Part shown: positions 1-10,792 of the stretch, in pieces
Layout of the letters: every line of letters starts with the position of its first letter
How positions within the stretch are numbered: the first letter of the stretch is position 1
DNA from: Corallochytrium limacisporum Hawaii
Lineage: Eukaryota > Protista > Pluriformea
Assembly (NCBI GenBank): GCA_002811645.1
Contig: PDIP01000033.1
Location: 62,001 to 126,000 of the forward strand
Direction of reading: 5' to 3'
DNA length: 64,000 nucleotides
Made by a program: the position numbers and the translations under genes
The notes under the pieces: generated by a model
Database searches by the model: none
What the model saw: the letters and a program-made list of their open reading frames with translations, nothing else
What the model was told of the DNA's origin: nothing

Positions 1-3000
1 ATGAAGGTACAGATTGAGGTATTCTTCGGTGACATTTTCCTGAATATTTTGGAGACGTCAACATCGTCATTTCAGCACAAGTGGCTGGTATTGCAGGCGC
101 TCAAGGAAGTATGCGACAGCCCGCCGACCATCATGGACATTTACCTCAACTACGACTGCGGTCTGAATCACAACAATGTGGTCGAGCGCCTTATCAATGA
201 CCTCAGTAAGATTGCACAGGGAAGGCATGTGGCAGAGCTGGGTGCCACGCAGCAGCAGGAATATAACATGCGTGTCAAGGGCGTGGAATGCCTTGCCGCA
301 ATCCATAGAAGTATGGCAGTGTGGGCTCAGGACCTTATAGATGAACTCAACGGCACGCCCATCCCGGATAAACCGGACACGGTCAAAGAAGGTGAGGAAC
401 GGACTAGCATGGAGCTAAACTCAGGCGGCGACGTCAATGGTGCCGGCCATGTCCGATCCAAAGCCCGTGATTCTCCCTACGGGGGATCAACAACACCGGT
501 TCCGGCCGATGATTCGTCTTCATTTGAATTCCGGAAAAAGAAGAAGGAAGACTTTGCCAAGGGGCTGGCTTTGTTCGAGCAGCGGCCTAAGAAAGGTGTC
601 AAATATTTCCAGGAGAATGAATTTGTGGGCTCTGAGGCCGGTGAAGTCGCTGTCTTCCTGCACGACACCGAGAAGCTTGACAACACTGCTATCGGTGAGT
701 ACCTGGGTGACCCCGATGACTTTTGCCAGAAAGTCATGTACGGTTACGTGGACTACCTGGATTTCACAGAAATGCCCCTGGTGGAAGCACTACGCCTGTT
801 TCTTTCTGGTTTTCGCCTGCCTGGTGAAGCCCAAAAGATTGATCGTCTTATGGAAAAGTTTGCGCAGCGATACTGCGAGAACAACCCAGACAATGGCATA
901 TTTGCTTCAGCTGATACAGCCTACGTGCTGGCATTTTCCATCATTATGTTGACGACTGACTTGCACTCTGCGCATGTTAAGAAAAAAATGACCAAGGAGG
1001 AATTCATTCGGAACAACCGCGGCATTAATGACTCTAAGGATCTGCCTCAGGAGTATCTTGAAGGCATCTACGATGAGATCGCTGCTAATGAGATCAAGAT
1101 GAAGGATATGAAGCCAAGCGTGAAGCCAACGCAAGCTGAGCTCATGAACGAATCCAAGAGGCGAAGCCTGTACAGCAAGGAAATGCAATATCTCGTCGAG
1201 AATGCCCAAAATGTGCTAAAGGAACGGGCAGATGCAAATGATGCAGATTCCGAGTTCCAGATTGCCACACAAATCGAATTGGTCCGTCCTTTGTTCCGTG
1301 CCGCATGGACTAGCTCTCTGGCCGCATTCTCTGTGGCTTTTCAGAACATGGATGATCCTGAAGTGCTGGGTATGTGCCTAGAAGGCTTTAAGTTGTCTGT
1401 GCGCATTGCCGGTGTCTTTGGATTGGACATGGAACGCGATGCCTTTGTGCAGGGTCTATGCAAGTTCACATCACTGAACAGTGATCTTGGCGAATTGAAG
1501 CCTAAGAACGTGGAATGCATGAAGGCACTAATTTCATTGGGCTACACGGATGGTAACTTCCTGCGTAAGAATTGGTATGACATTCTTAAGGCGATTTCAG
1601 AGTTGGACATGGCCCAATCCGTCGATGTGGGCGAAAATGGCCACGATGCTAAAGGCTCGCGTAGGAAATCGGGCGATGTCATACCTGGTTCTGGCGAGCG
1701 AAGTGCGCCTGGCCGCGGCCATCGCTATGACCGGGAGAAGCTTCGCCACGTGCAGGAGACGATGGGGGAAAAGAACGCACAGGCGCTGCTGGTGTCCGTG
1801 GACAAGGTCTTTGCCTCAACCTCTCGCCTATCCGGTGAAGCTATCGTGGACTTTGTCCGTTGGCTCTGCCAGGTGAGTGTTGAGGAACTGCAAGCATCGG
1901 ATGTACCCCGCATGTACTCACTGGCCAAGATGGTGGAAATTGCGTACTACAATATGGGTCGTATTCGTCTTGAATGGAGTCGCATGTGGGTGGTCATGGG
2001 TGAGCATTTCAACCGTGCTGGTGTGTCTCAATTACACAAGGTGTCACTCTTTGCCGTTGATTCGCTCAGGCAGCTAGCTATGCAATTTATGAACAAGGTA
2101 GAGTTACCGAACTTCCGGTTTCAGAAGGACTTTTTGCGTCCATTCGAGTTCATCATGAATCACAACAAAAAACCCGAGATTCGGGATATGATTGTGCGCT
2201 GCATGGCGCAAATGGTGCAGGCACGGGCTCAGAACATTCGTTCTGGATGGAAGAACATCTTTTTTGTATTTTCGCTCGCATCCGAGGATCATAAGAACCA
2301 TATCGGTGAATTGGCGTTCAATACTTCCCTGCACATTTACAAGAACCACTTCGAGCTTATTGCGGACTGCTTTATGGACGCCGTGAATTGTTTGGTGGAG
2401 TATGCCTGCGCCCCGGACTTCGGCCGCAGTGATGAAGTCTTTGAGGTTTTGGCCGACTCTGCCGAAAAGATTCACAAGCGTGAAGACCTCTTCCGTGACT
2501 TCGACGGTGCAGTGACTGTGGCAAAGACGAATTCTGGGGAAGCTGCACCTGCAACCGGTGGTGCTGCAAACAGTCAGGAAGTGAGCTCCGAGTACGATAA
2601 GATTTGGGTGAAAGGTTGGTTTCCCCTGCTCTTTGGTCTCTATCGAATCATTTCCCGGAGCACACGCAGTGACCGGGAGAAGGCTCTGGCTCTGTCCTTT
2701 AAGATTATGAAGGACTATGGCGACAACTTCCGCCAGCAATGGTGGATTGACCTGTTCCGTGTGTATTTCCGGATCTTTGACGATCTCAAACTTCCGGAGG
2801 CACGGCAGGAGAAGAATGAATGGCTACGCACGACCTGCAAAAACGCACTGGAGGGAATGGTAGACCTAATGAGTGCAAAGTACGATCTGCTGGCGCCGAT
2901 TCTTCTGGAGGACCTGCTCGGCCGCATTCTGTGGTGCAGCACGCAGCCGAACCAGATCCTGGCGCAGACCGGGGTGCGTATCATGGAGTTATTCCTGATC

Positions 3001-3867
3001 AAGACCGGTCCATCCTTCGATAGGCACAATCACTGGGATATGGCCATTGACCGGCTTTGCGACATGTTTGATGCCACTGTGCCGACTGCACTCGTTCAGT
3101 TCAAGCTCGACGAATTCACGAAGGCCGAATCTGGTGGCAGTGGAAATGAACTTCTCGACTGGACAGCTACGACTATCAAATGCGTAGTGCAGCTTCAGAT
3201 CATTCAGCTTATCCATGCATCGATCACCCTTGACTACGAAGAGGCTTTGAACCCACAGATGCGGAGGATGAGCGATGCTGCATTCACGAATCCGAGCACG
3301 GCGATCGAACATCGTCTGGACCGGGGTCTGTACGCCCATCTGAACGACAAGAATGTCATGCGTCTGATTGAGATTTTGCAGAAGAGTCACAAGTTTGCAA
3401 AAGACTTCAACGATAACCAGCAATTGCGTCAGAGTCTCCAACAGGCTGGTTTCATGAATGAGCTGCCCAATCTCTTGCGCCAGGAGACAAGTTCGCTGTA
3501 CACAGAACTCAGGTTGCTCTTTATGATTTACATTGATGACCACCGCAAGGAGCTGTGGCCTACTGTCGACGTGACAGTCATGGACTGCTGTCAGACAGTG
3601 CTTCGCTCATTCCGGGACGCTCCGGGTCCCAAGCAGCGGGACGTGTGGATGCCGTGCCTGAACCTCATCCTTGGCTCCATATATTCTCTGGACGATGACC
3701 GCTTCAAACGCCACGTTGGTGTGCTCTACGAATTTCTGTGCGACGTCATGCTCTTTGACGTCAAGCCAGAAATTCGTAAGATCTTGCGCAAGATATTCCG
3801 CCGCGTCGGCATGACCATGCAACTGGCCGATCTCTCGCCGGAGAAGGAAGAGGACGATCTGACATAA
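1..3867 (+). CDS. ARFGEF1: Brefeldin A-inhibited Sec7 ARF guanine-nucleotide exchange factor (BIG1/BIG2/Sec7), 5'-truncated by the window edge
   Basis: HUS box (YLNYDC), Sec7 motifs FRLPGEAQKIDRLME and YVLAFSIIMLTTDLH, HDS motifs YYNMGRIRLEWSR and NIRSGWKNIF, and the C-terminal NLLRQET. The N-terminal DCB domain is absent, so the gene probably starts upstream. Confidence 0.95.
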   Translation: MKVQIEVFFGDIFLNILETSTSSFQHKWLVLQALKEVCDSPPTIMDIYLNYDCGLNHNNVVERLINDLSKIAQGRHVAELGATQQQEYNMRVKGVECLAAIHRSMAVWAQDLIDELNGTPIPDKPDTVKEGEERTSMELNSGGDVNGAGHVRSKARDSPYGGSTTPVPADDSSSFEFRKKKKEDFAKGLALFEQRPKKGVKYFQENEFVGSEAGEVAVFLHDTEKLDNTAIGEYLGDPDDFCQKVMYGYVDYLDFTEMPLVEALRLFLSGFRLPGEAQKIDRLMEKFAQRYCENNPDNGIFASADTAYVLAFSIIMLTTDLHSAHVKKKMTKEEFIRNNRGINDSKDLPQEYLEGIYDEIAANEIKMKDMKPSVKPTQAELMNESKRRSLYSKEMQYLVENAQNVLKERADANDADSEFQIATQIELVRPLFRAAWTSSLAAFSVAFQNMDDPEVLGMCLEGFKLSVRIAGVFGLDMERDAFVQGLCKFTSLNSDLGELKPKNVECMKALISLGYTDGNFLRKNWYDILKAISELDMAQSVDVGENGHDAKGSRRKSGDVIPGSGERSAPGRGHRYDREKLRHVQETMGEKNAQALLVSVDKVFASTSRLSGEAIVDFVRWLCQVSVEELQASDVPRMYSLAKMVEIAYYNMGRIRLEWSRMWVVMGEHFNRAGVSQLHKVSLFAVDSLRQLAMQFMNKVELPNFRFQKDFLRPFEFIMNHNKKPEIRDMIVRCMAQMVQARAQNIRSGWKNIFFVFSLASEDHKNHIGELAFNTSLHIYKNHFELIADCFMDAVNCLVEYACAPDFGRSDEVFEVLADSAEKIHKREDLFRDFDGAVTVAKTNSGEAAPATGGAANSQEVSSEYDKIWVKGWFPLLFGLYRIISRSTRSDREKALALSFKIMKDYGDNFRQQWWIDLFRVYFRIFDDLKLPEARQEKNEWLRTTCKNALEGMVDLMSAKYDLLAPILLEDLLGRILWCSTQPNQILAQTGVRIMELFLIKTGPSFDRHNHWDMAIDRLCDMFDATVPTALVQFKLDEFTKAESGGSGNELLDWTATTIKCVVQLQIIQLIHASITLDYEEALNPQMRRMSDAAFTNPSTAIEHRLDRGLYAHLNDKNVMRLIEILQKSHKFAKDFNDNQQLRQSLQQAGFMNELPNLLRQETSSLYTELRLLFMIYIDDHRKELWPTVDVTVMDCCQTVLRSFRDAPGPKQRDVWMPCLNLILGSIYSLDDDRFKRHVGVLYEFLCDVMLFDVKPEIRKILRKIFRRVGMTMQLADLSPEKEEDDLT

Positions 3868-3944
3868 GTAACACTTAGAACAATGTAGTTTTTTCCACCA
3901 TAATCACCGACTCTTGTTTTCAATAAGCACTATTCAGTATCTAC

Positions 3945-4737
3945 TTAGAAATCCAGTGTCGACTGCGACGAAGCCTTGACACTAGCGTGAACTTGAGCGC
4001 GCTTACCTGAGTCCGGATCTTCTTGGTCGCGCTGTCGACTATCCTCCAGCTCCGGTGGTAAGTGCAGCGGCTCGATCAAAAACTTGCGCCTGCGCAATTT
4101 GAAGGCAAGGTCCTTACTCGATTCCCACACTGCAGACTGCGCTAAAGTGTTCAACCGGGCGGCCTGTAGAACATGCATGAGCCCGTGGTAGTCCCGGAAG
4201 GCAGGGTTTGATTCCCGATCACTACCTGCAAAGCTCTCTAATCCGAAGGCGTAGTCCATAAAATGTTTGCTAGCCTCGAGAATCTCATACCGTTCTGATC
4301 CAACGTTCGTGTGCAGGTAGGCGGGAAAGGTAATGACTGCACAGCTGAAGGTCACGCGCACGAGGCGACGCAATTCATACATGAACTGGATCAATTGGGC
4401 CTTGGAAGCAGCAGACGAAGAATTTTGCCCACTGTCACCCCATCCAGAATCCAGCCAGTACGGACTGAGGAAGCGGTGAATGGCGATTCGCAGTACGCGA
4501 GACGGAGGTGCCTGGCCTTCCCGTATAATGTACCCGCCATCAGTTAGGATCTCTACTAGATTGGAAAGAATTCCGTCCAAACCGGCGTGACCAGTAATAG
4601 CAGCTGTGCTTGCAGCTAGCTTGAGATTGCCCGTCTCCTGTGCGAAGGCCGTGAGGTCAGCAATTGATGCACTCTTAAGGCGGTCGGCGCTCATACGCTC
4701 GCTCATGTCAAATCGGTGGCAATACAATGGCTCAACC

Positions 4738-4776
<39 letters not shown>

Positions 4777-5375
4777 ACAGTTGAGGTGGGTGTCTTTCGC
4801 TGTGCCGGATCATCTGTGTCCAGCTTGGGTAGATTCTTGTACCGCCATGCAATTTTCATATCGTCCGCTAGAGAAGAAGAATTGCCGGCATTGCTCCCCG
4901 CTTCATCCTTTTTTTTCTCCCTTTGTCTTTCTGCCTTGCGTGCTTCTGTCTCCGCATTTTCCTCCGCTGCAGTTTTGAAGTACGGAATATTAGCCATGTA
5001 TGTGTCGCACGCAGTGTCTAAGGATGCGTACGCAATACCGTGCCCACAGGAGATGCCTTCTCCGAGAAATATCCGTTGCATCAGCGAAGCGTAATTGGTA
5101 TGCCGGTCCTCGGCAATGCCAATTAAGGTACCAACTGGGATACCACCGCGCAATAAGTCATCCCACGAAGTTATTCCTGTGCTGGTCAGCAGTAGGCCAT
5201 TGTGGACGCTGGGTCGCGTACCCGGTGGTAGCTTGTGCGCTCCCTGGGATCTCACAGGGACCGGGATGGGACCTTGTGGATTGGTAATTTTCTGTGGTGT
5301 TGACGCAGCTGGCACTGCATCACCCCGGTCTGGATTTCCGGCGAATCGTCCACTTGGGCGGAATCCACCAGGCAT
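3945..5375 (-). CDS. ELP4: Elongator complex subunit 4
   Basis: GTRPS...TSTG..SWDDLL.GG.P.G, MKIAWRY, YCHRFDMS, DYHGL and LAFKLRRRKF.IE.LHLPP motifs of ELP4. Confidence 0.93.
4738..4776. repeat. (GAT)13 microsatellite encoding a poly-Ser tract in ELP4
   Basis: Perfect trinucleotide repeat, read as TCA codons on the minus strand. Confidence 0.95.
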
Positions 5376-6039
5376 AGCTGCTTTTTGCTATTCTTCGTTT
5401 TACTGAGCTATCATGATCTTAGTCGCGAGCACCTGCTAGTGGTCTCTCAGTGGTATGCTTTGCTGGAGGTCACCGTTCCTGCTTTGAAGTGCCCTTTCTG
5501 CTTGAGTCTTTCACGATCTCACCTTTCTAAAGTCCACCTAAGACACAAATACCAGTCTGTTTCAGTCCACTCCGGACTCCTATCCACTGTGAGGCAGACG
5601 CATGCACGTCCTCACTAGGTGACCACTCCACAGAGCACTACCGCGCAGCAGGAGGAGGGAACGTGGGTTTTTGAACCCAAATGAGGGCCCGCCCGCCCAA
5701 CGCAACCCGCCACCCCCCGGGAGGGGAGGGGTTAAGGGTAGGGTGTAGGAGCACAATCCACCGCGATAGGAATTCGAGAACTGGGTCCAACAATGGAGCT
5801 ACGAGCGGAAGAGGAAGGGTACTGCTCACAGGGCTGGATGTTTCGTATGATGTATGGTGCAAGGTATCAAAGTTCTTTTGGCTGTGAACCTTAACTTCCC
5901 ACAAACTTACATTCTACACCTGAGAGATGACACAAGACCTACAGGTCTACGAGATTTCGAAGAACAGATATCTGTCGTATATTGATCAACTCGAATAGTA
6001 CAAATGTAGCTCTCATAAAAGAATCCATAGCTGCACACT

Positions 6040-6951
6040 ATGGGCGATACAGACATTGACACATTTATCCGCGCAGTGGGCGTTGCGCCCACAGACCTGG
6101 CGAACAAAGGCATTCTTAAATTGCAAATTGAAGGAATGGACACAGACTTGGATCCGAACGCAAGTATAGACCCCGATGTGGCCGTTATTTGGAAGCGATC
6201 TGATGGATCTGATAGTCTTACGGTCTCCCTAGATTTTGCGCAGTATGAGTGCGTTTTGGAATTGAAGAGTCTGGAGATCTACGCCTCCTGTCTATCTGTC
6301 ACTATAACGGGCCATCCCAGCCCACCTCGGGAGCTTTCGGGTAGGATCGCGTCTGAAGTTGATGCTTCAGAGTGCCCACTCCCTTACAGATTGTTTAGAC
6401 ACAATCCGGGCCCTGAGGCGAAATTGCGGTCCATTCTGTCGATGGAATTTAGTACAAAAGATGTCAACTGTATTCACATCGCTTCTCTGGAGGTTCGCGG
6501 CAAAATCATCGAGGATCGAATGGGCCTTGATCAGTCTCCAACACCAGTGCCCGGACCAGTCACTGTCAACGAAGAAGAAGTGCGGCGCATGTTAGAACAA
6601 ATGGCACCGGAAATCGGACAAAAGGCTCTCCGAGTGTTGGAGGAGGGCAAACGTCGGGCTATGGAACGTGGTGGACCGGCTGCGGCTGCTTGGGGCGCGG
6701 GCCGATCTAACCCAGCAGATGCTGATAGGAACGGCTCAGATACTGCCACAGAGACCATGCGGAAGAGCAGTGTTTTGCAAGGGTCCACCATCAGCGACGG
6801 AGCCGTCACTGCAGAACAGTTGAACTCATTGGGCGAGAAACTGACACAGACTATTCTTCAGGGACAGGAAATCATCATCAACCGAATCGGTATGCTCGAG
6901 AGTAGGATTGCACGGCTAGAGAAACATCTCGGTGCTTCATCTCCACCGTGA
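6040..6951 (+). CDS. Hypothetical protein, possibly a PAAT/C10orf88 (DUF4506)-like family member
   Basis: 303-aa ATG ORF with a beta-rich N-terminal half, the helix VNEEEVRRMLEQMAPEIGQKALRVL (recalls the C10orf88 segment IDLDKVQTIMESMGSKLSPGAQQLM) and a C-terminal coiled coil. The family call is from remembered similarity only. Confidence 0.5.
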   Translation: MGDTDIDTFIRAVGVAPTDLANKGILKLQIEGMDTDLDPNASIDPDVAVIWKRSDGSDSLTVSLDFAQYECVLELKSLEIYASCLSVTITGHPSPPRELSGRIASEVDASECPLPYRLFRHNPGPEAKLRSILSMEFSTKDVNCIHIASLEVRGKIIEDRMGLDQSPTPVPGPVTVNEEEVRRMLEQMAPEIGQKALRVLEEGKRRAMERGGPAAAAWGAGRSNPADADRNGSDTATETMRKSSVLQGSTISDGAVTAEQLNSLGEKLTQTILQGQEIIINRIGMLESRIARLEKHLGASSPP

Positions 6952-7118
6952 TGCCTTGGACATTTGTGATGGGTCCCCTCAGACTCTTCGTGGTGGAGAA
7001 ATGGGTCTGTTTTGGAACGGTAATTGGAACGGCAATCGCAGTTTTAACTAGTTACATACCATTGCTAATATGAACACAGTTTATTTCACAGATTCTCATC
7101 TAGACAAAATTCTGTCTC

Positions 7119-8798
7119 CTAGTTCTTCTGCAGGAAGTGGGCCGCAACAATGCGGCGTTGGATCTTGCCAGTGGCAGTGCGGGGCACATCCTCGGCGATG
7201 AAGACCTTCTTCGGAGTCTTGAATGTTGCCAGGTGGTCCATTACGAAGGCCTTGACATCCTCTTCCGAGATCTTACCCGCAAAGCCATCCTTGAGAATTA
7301 CTGCACATGCTACTTCCTCTCCGTACTTTTCGTCAGGCATGGAAAAACTGACCGCATCGGCAATGCCTTCATGTTTGACCAGAACACCGTCGATCTCCAA
7401 CGGCGAAATCTTCTCACCACCGCGATTAATAAGCTCCTTGATACGCCCCGTAATCTTGATCATACCGTCGCCGTCAATGAGGCCTTCATCGCCGGTGTGG
7501 AACCAACCCCCAGCGAAAGCCTCCTCGTTGGCCTCCGGGCGGTTGATGTATCCCGGGGTCACGTTGTCTCCCCTCAGGCAGATTTCACCCCTCTCTCCGG
7601 CAGGCAAGGGAGTAAAGTCGGTGCCACCGATGGGTAGGATGACCACTTCTACATTTGTTGGCACACCGACGGTGCCGGCCTTTCGCTTGCCGAGATGAGG
7701 CAGTTGGTTGGAAGTCATTTGGTGACAGGATTCGCTCATGCCGTAGGCCTCAAGCACGGGTAGACCGAAGGCAGCTTCGAGGCGTTCCAGAATGATGGCC
7801 GGCAAAGAAGAGGAGCAGGAGCGGATGAACCGCAAGTCGCCCTTGTTGAAGTTCTTCTTCGCTTCATCGCTGAGCTGGTCATGGATAATCAGTAAGGTTT
7901 GCTGAATGGTAGGAACTGCACTGTACCAGGTTGCTTTGTGGTAGACGATGTGGTCCCAAAAGTTAGAGGCCGTAAATTTGCCTCCCTCGGGAATGATGAC
8001 AGTGCCGCCTGACACCAGAGTGCTTAGCGTGGCCGCAATCAGACCATGAACGTGGAACAATGGCATAACAAGGTAGCACTTGTCCTCATTGCCTAGTTCG
8101 TAGGTGGTGGCAATGTTGTGCAGAGAGGTGCACAGGTTCTTATGGGTCAGAGGCACACCTTTGGGCTTGGAGGTGGTACCCGAAGTGTGCAGAATCAGCG
8201 CAACCGTATCCGGCTCGGGCACCTGAGTGTCCAAAGTGTCCGATGAAGCACCCTCGATCACTTCATTGGTCCTGATATCCATTTCAAAGTTATTTGATTC
8301 TTCATTCAATTTGATTCCCCAAACCTTCATGTTCAAGCCCCGAGCGGCTTTCACTTCCTCCGCATCAGCTTTGTTGGCATCCAAGCAGATCAATACCTTG
8401 GACTGTTCATCTTCCATGTAGAACTTGTGCTCGCTGTCCTTATATGCTGGGTTCAGGGGTCCCGCAATTGCACCCATGGAAGTCACAGCTAGAAACACCA
8501 CGATAAATTCCGGGCTGTTAGGTATCACAATATTGGCACAGTCGCCCTTACGCAGTCCACCACGGTGTAGCTCACTCTTTACCGCCTCTATCTGGGCCTT
8601 CAGCTGGCTGAACGTAATCTTAACATCCTTAGAGTGGTCAATCGGTGAATCCTTAGACACGGCAGCGCGTACCAAGGCCAGGTCAGACTCTGGATTGGCA
8701 GTCCAGGTAGTGGAGACTACGTCACACAAAGTGGCTAGCTTGGGCCCACGATATTCGCTGTTAGGATGGATCGGATTTGCGTCTTGTTTGGTTGCCAT
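7119..8798 (-). CDS. Oxalate--CoA ligase / acyl-activating enzyme (AAE3/PCS60 family)
   Basis: AMP-binding LHTSGTTSKPKGV, plus MPLFHVHGL, LRFIRSCSS, EAYGMSE..HQMTSN, GWFHTGDEG, RIKELINRGGEKISP and PRTATGKIQRR. The first ATG is at 8798; the track's start at 8879 is not an ATG. Confidence 0.9.
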   Translation of the reverse strand: MATKQDANPIHPNSEYRGPKLATLCDVVSTTWTANPESDLALVRAAVSKDSPIDHSKDVKITFSQLKAQIEAVKSELHRGGLRKGDCANIVIPNSPEFIVVFLAVTSMGAIAGPLNPAYKDSEHKFYMEDEQSKVLICLDANKADAEEVKAARGLNMKVWGIKLNEESNNFEMDIRTNEVIEGASSDTLDTQVPEPDTVALILHTSGTTSKPKGVPLTHKNLCTSLHNIATTYELGNEDKCYLVMPLFHVHGLIAATLSTLVSGGTVIIPEGGKFTASNFWDHIVYHKATWYSAVPTIQQTLLIIHDQLSDEAKKNFNKGDLRFIRSCSSSLPAIILERLEAAFGLPVLEAYGMSESCHQMTSNQLPHLGKRKAGTVGVPTNVEVVILPIGGTDFTPLPAGERGEICLRGDNVTPGYINRPEANEEAFAGGWFHTGDEGLIDGDGMIKITGRIKELINRGGEKISPLEIDGVLVKHEGIADAVSFSMPDEKYGEEVACAVILKDGFAGKISEEDVKAFVMDHLATFKTPKKVFIAEDVPRTATGKIQRRIVAAHFLQKN

Positions 8799-9695
8799 GT
8801 TGTCCGTTTGGGAGTAAACTTTTGGGTGTGGTGCCAGCTGTCGTTTGCTCACGAACCATATGTAAAATGCCAGCACCACTGATCCTCAATGATCCCCTCT
8901 GGTTTCGAATAGGTGCATGATGCAGACGATGAACAAACGGGGCCCAAGTTGTTGCTGACCGATATGAATCGTGTACTTCAGTAAACTTGTTCTAGACCTC
9001 TTAATAATCTTAATTTTTTCCGGCCCAGGATCCTCCTTTCCCTCTTCCGTGTGACGGAATCATCGGGTGCCCACACAGAGGGTCCACAGCCACACACGAT
9101 CACACCGCTCGCCCAGTACCGAAGAAATGACTTTCGTCACACCGCTCGTACTGAGTGCTAAGATGGTGTAGATGGACATAGGCTGTTGTTGTGGCTTTTC
9201 GCGTGTTTATCTGATACAATGGGGGCGTATTGTGTCTACGAGTGCGGGCATTCGCCATTTGTTGACATTTCCAATGCTGTTTGCGGCTTTTCCCGGTGCC
9301 GAAAAGAAAAAAAAAAACTCCCCGTGCTAATTGAAACGCTGACGGACTGCAAGCCGCGAACCCGCGTTCCATTTCCTTACGCTTGGTCACAAGATCAAGC
9401 GCACAGAGCGACAGACGACCAGAATGGAGTGGGGGCCTATTTATTTACCAAAAATAGACTCCCGTATGCTCCTGCACCATGGCGGGCCTGGGGAAGATTG
9501 GTTCCATGAGACTTTAGCGGGGCCGCCATGGGGATCATTGGGTACAAGAGACTTTCGAGCGACCTTGGCTACCGCCTATTGTTGTGTTTCTAGTGCAAGG
9601 TGTCATATCAAAACTTGGTTATTCAAATAAACTCGATAAGATGATCCGGTGAGCAGGCCAGATTGTACTTCGAACTTCGTTTCGCAGAGTAAACC

Positions 9696-10709
9696 ATGGG
9701 AAGCGTACGCCAGCGTGCAGCAAACTTTCTTCGCAAGTACTTGTTCAGCGGGCCAACGGAAGCAAACACACAGCTGCGCCTGGATACTTTTCGGGCCTTT
9801 TTTCTGACACAGCAGCATGCGTTAGAGACAGGATTGCCTCCCATGCTGACCACCGGTGAGGAGTCTAGGGATGCGAAAATACCGGATATTCCCGAAACGG
9901 CAGAAGAGACATACAGAACCTATGATCGACAACGAGTGTACGCACACCATTACATAGAACGCCAGATTGAAAACTATATTGACCGCCTCCACGCTGCATT
10001 AGTGGCGAGGTTGCTCGACGACGCGGACGACTTGCCGAAATCGGGTCTTCCATATTACTGTAAGCCTGCTCCATCACTTGTCAAGGGCGCGGGTTCAGGT
10101 GTCTTCCTCGAGAAAGTGAATGAGACAGAGTTCGACACCGATCAGATCCCACCTGGAACTGTGGTAGGACTGTATCCGGGAGAAATCATTCATCCCACAC
10201 GGCCAGAGGTGCTTATTCCACTAATCCAGGATGAGCACTGGCGCGAGTACGCCTATGCACGGAGGGATGGAGTCATCATTGCGCCAAAGGCAGACCAGGA
10301 TTTCAACATCTACCGGCCTCTCATGGTCGATGACGAGGGTCTCCGTCAGTCACAGGGTGATGTCGTGAGGTTACCGGTGCATAATCCTCTGGCCATTGGA
10401 CATCTGCTGAACCATCCGGAACAAGGAGTGGAGCCCAATGTGATGGCATTCCAGCACGATATTATTGAGAAGAACTACGATCTACATATAGCTGAGCGTT
10501 TTCTTCCTCTTTCATGGCGAGGTAGACCCCGATTTCCTTGGAACATTACGGAAACCCTGTTTCCGACAGTTGCGATTATCACCACTCGCTGGGTGAAGGA
10601 AGGTGAAGAACTGTACCTGAATTACCGGTACAACCCGGACCTTGAGCGCCCATCATGGTACCACCCCGTAGACGAGGAAGAGGATCGGAGGCGGTGGAGC
10701 AAAGACTGA
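9696..10709 (+). CDS. SET-domain protein, SETD9-like
   Basis: GAGSGVF, GTVVGLYPG, NPLAIGHLLNHP, PNVM and EELYLNY SET motifs. Confidence 0.8.
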   Translation: MGSVRQRAANFLRKYLFSGPTEANTQLRLDTFRAFFLTQQHALETGLPPMLTTGEESRDAKIPDIPETAEETYRTYDRQRVYAHHYIERQIENYIDRLHAALVARLLDDADDLPKSGLPYYCKPAPSLVKGAGSGVFLEKVNETEFDTDQIPPGTVVGLYPGEIIHPTRPEVLIPLIQDEHWREYAYARRDGVIIAPKADQDFNIYRPLMVDDEGLRQSQGDVVRLPVHNPLAIGHLLNHPEQGVEPNVMAFQHDIIEKNYDLHIAERFLPLSWRGRPRFPWNITETLFPTVAIITTRWVKEGEELYLNYRYNPDLERPSWYHPVDEEEDRRRWSKD

Positions 10710-10792
10710 ATCAGCTCGATGTCCATTCAAATTGTATGTATATTTAGTAAGTTCAATGAGTTACCTAATGCAAATGTTCTTAATTTTGATAC

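Noticed and set aside
7085-7121. Cryptic peroxisomal targeting by stop-codon read-through
   Set aside because: The extension ends in ENL and the stop context is TAG G, not a known read-through motif.
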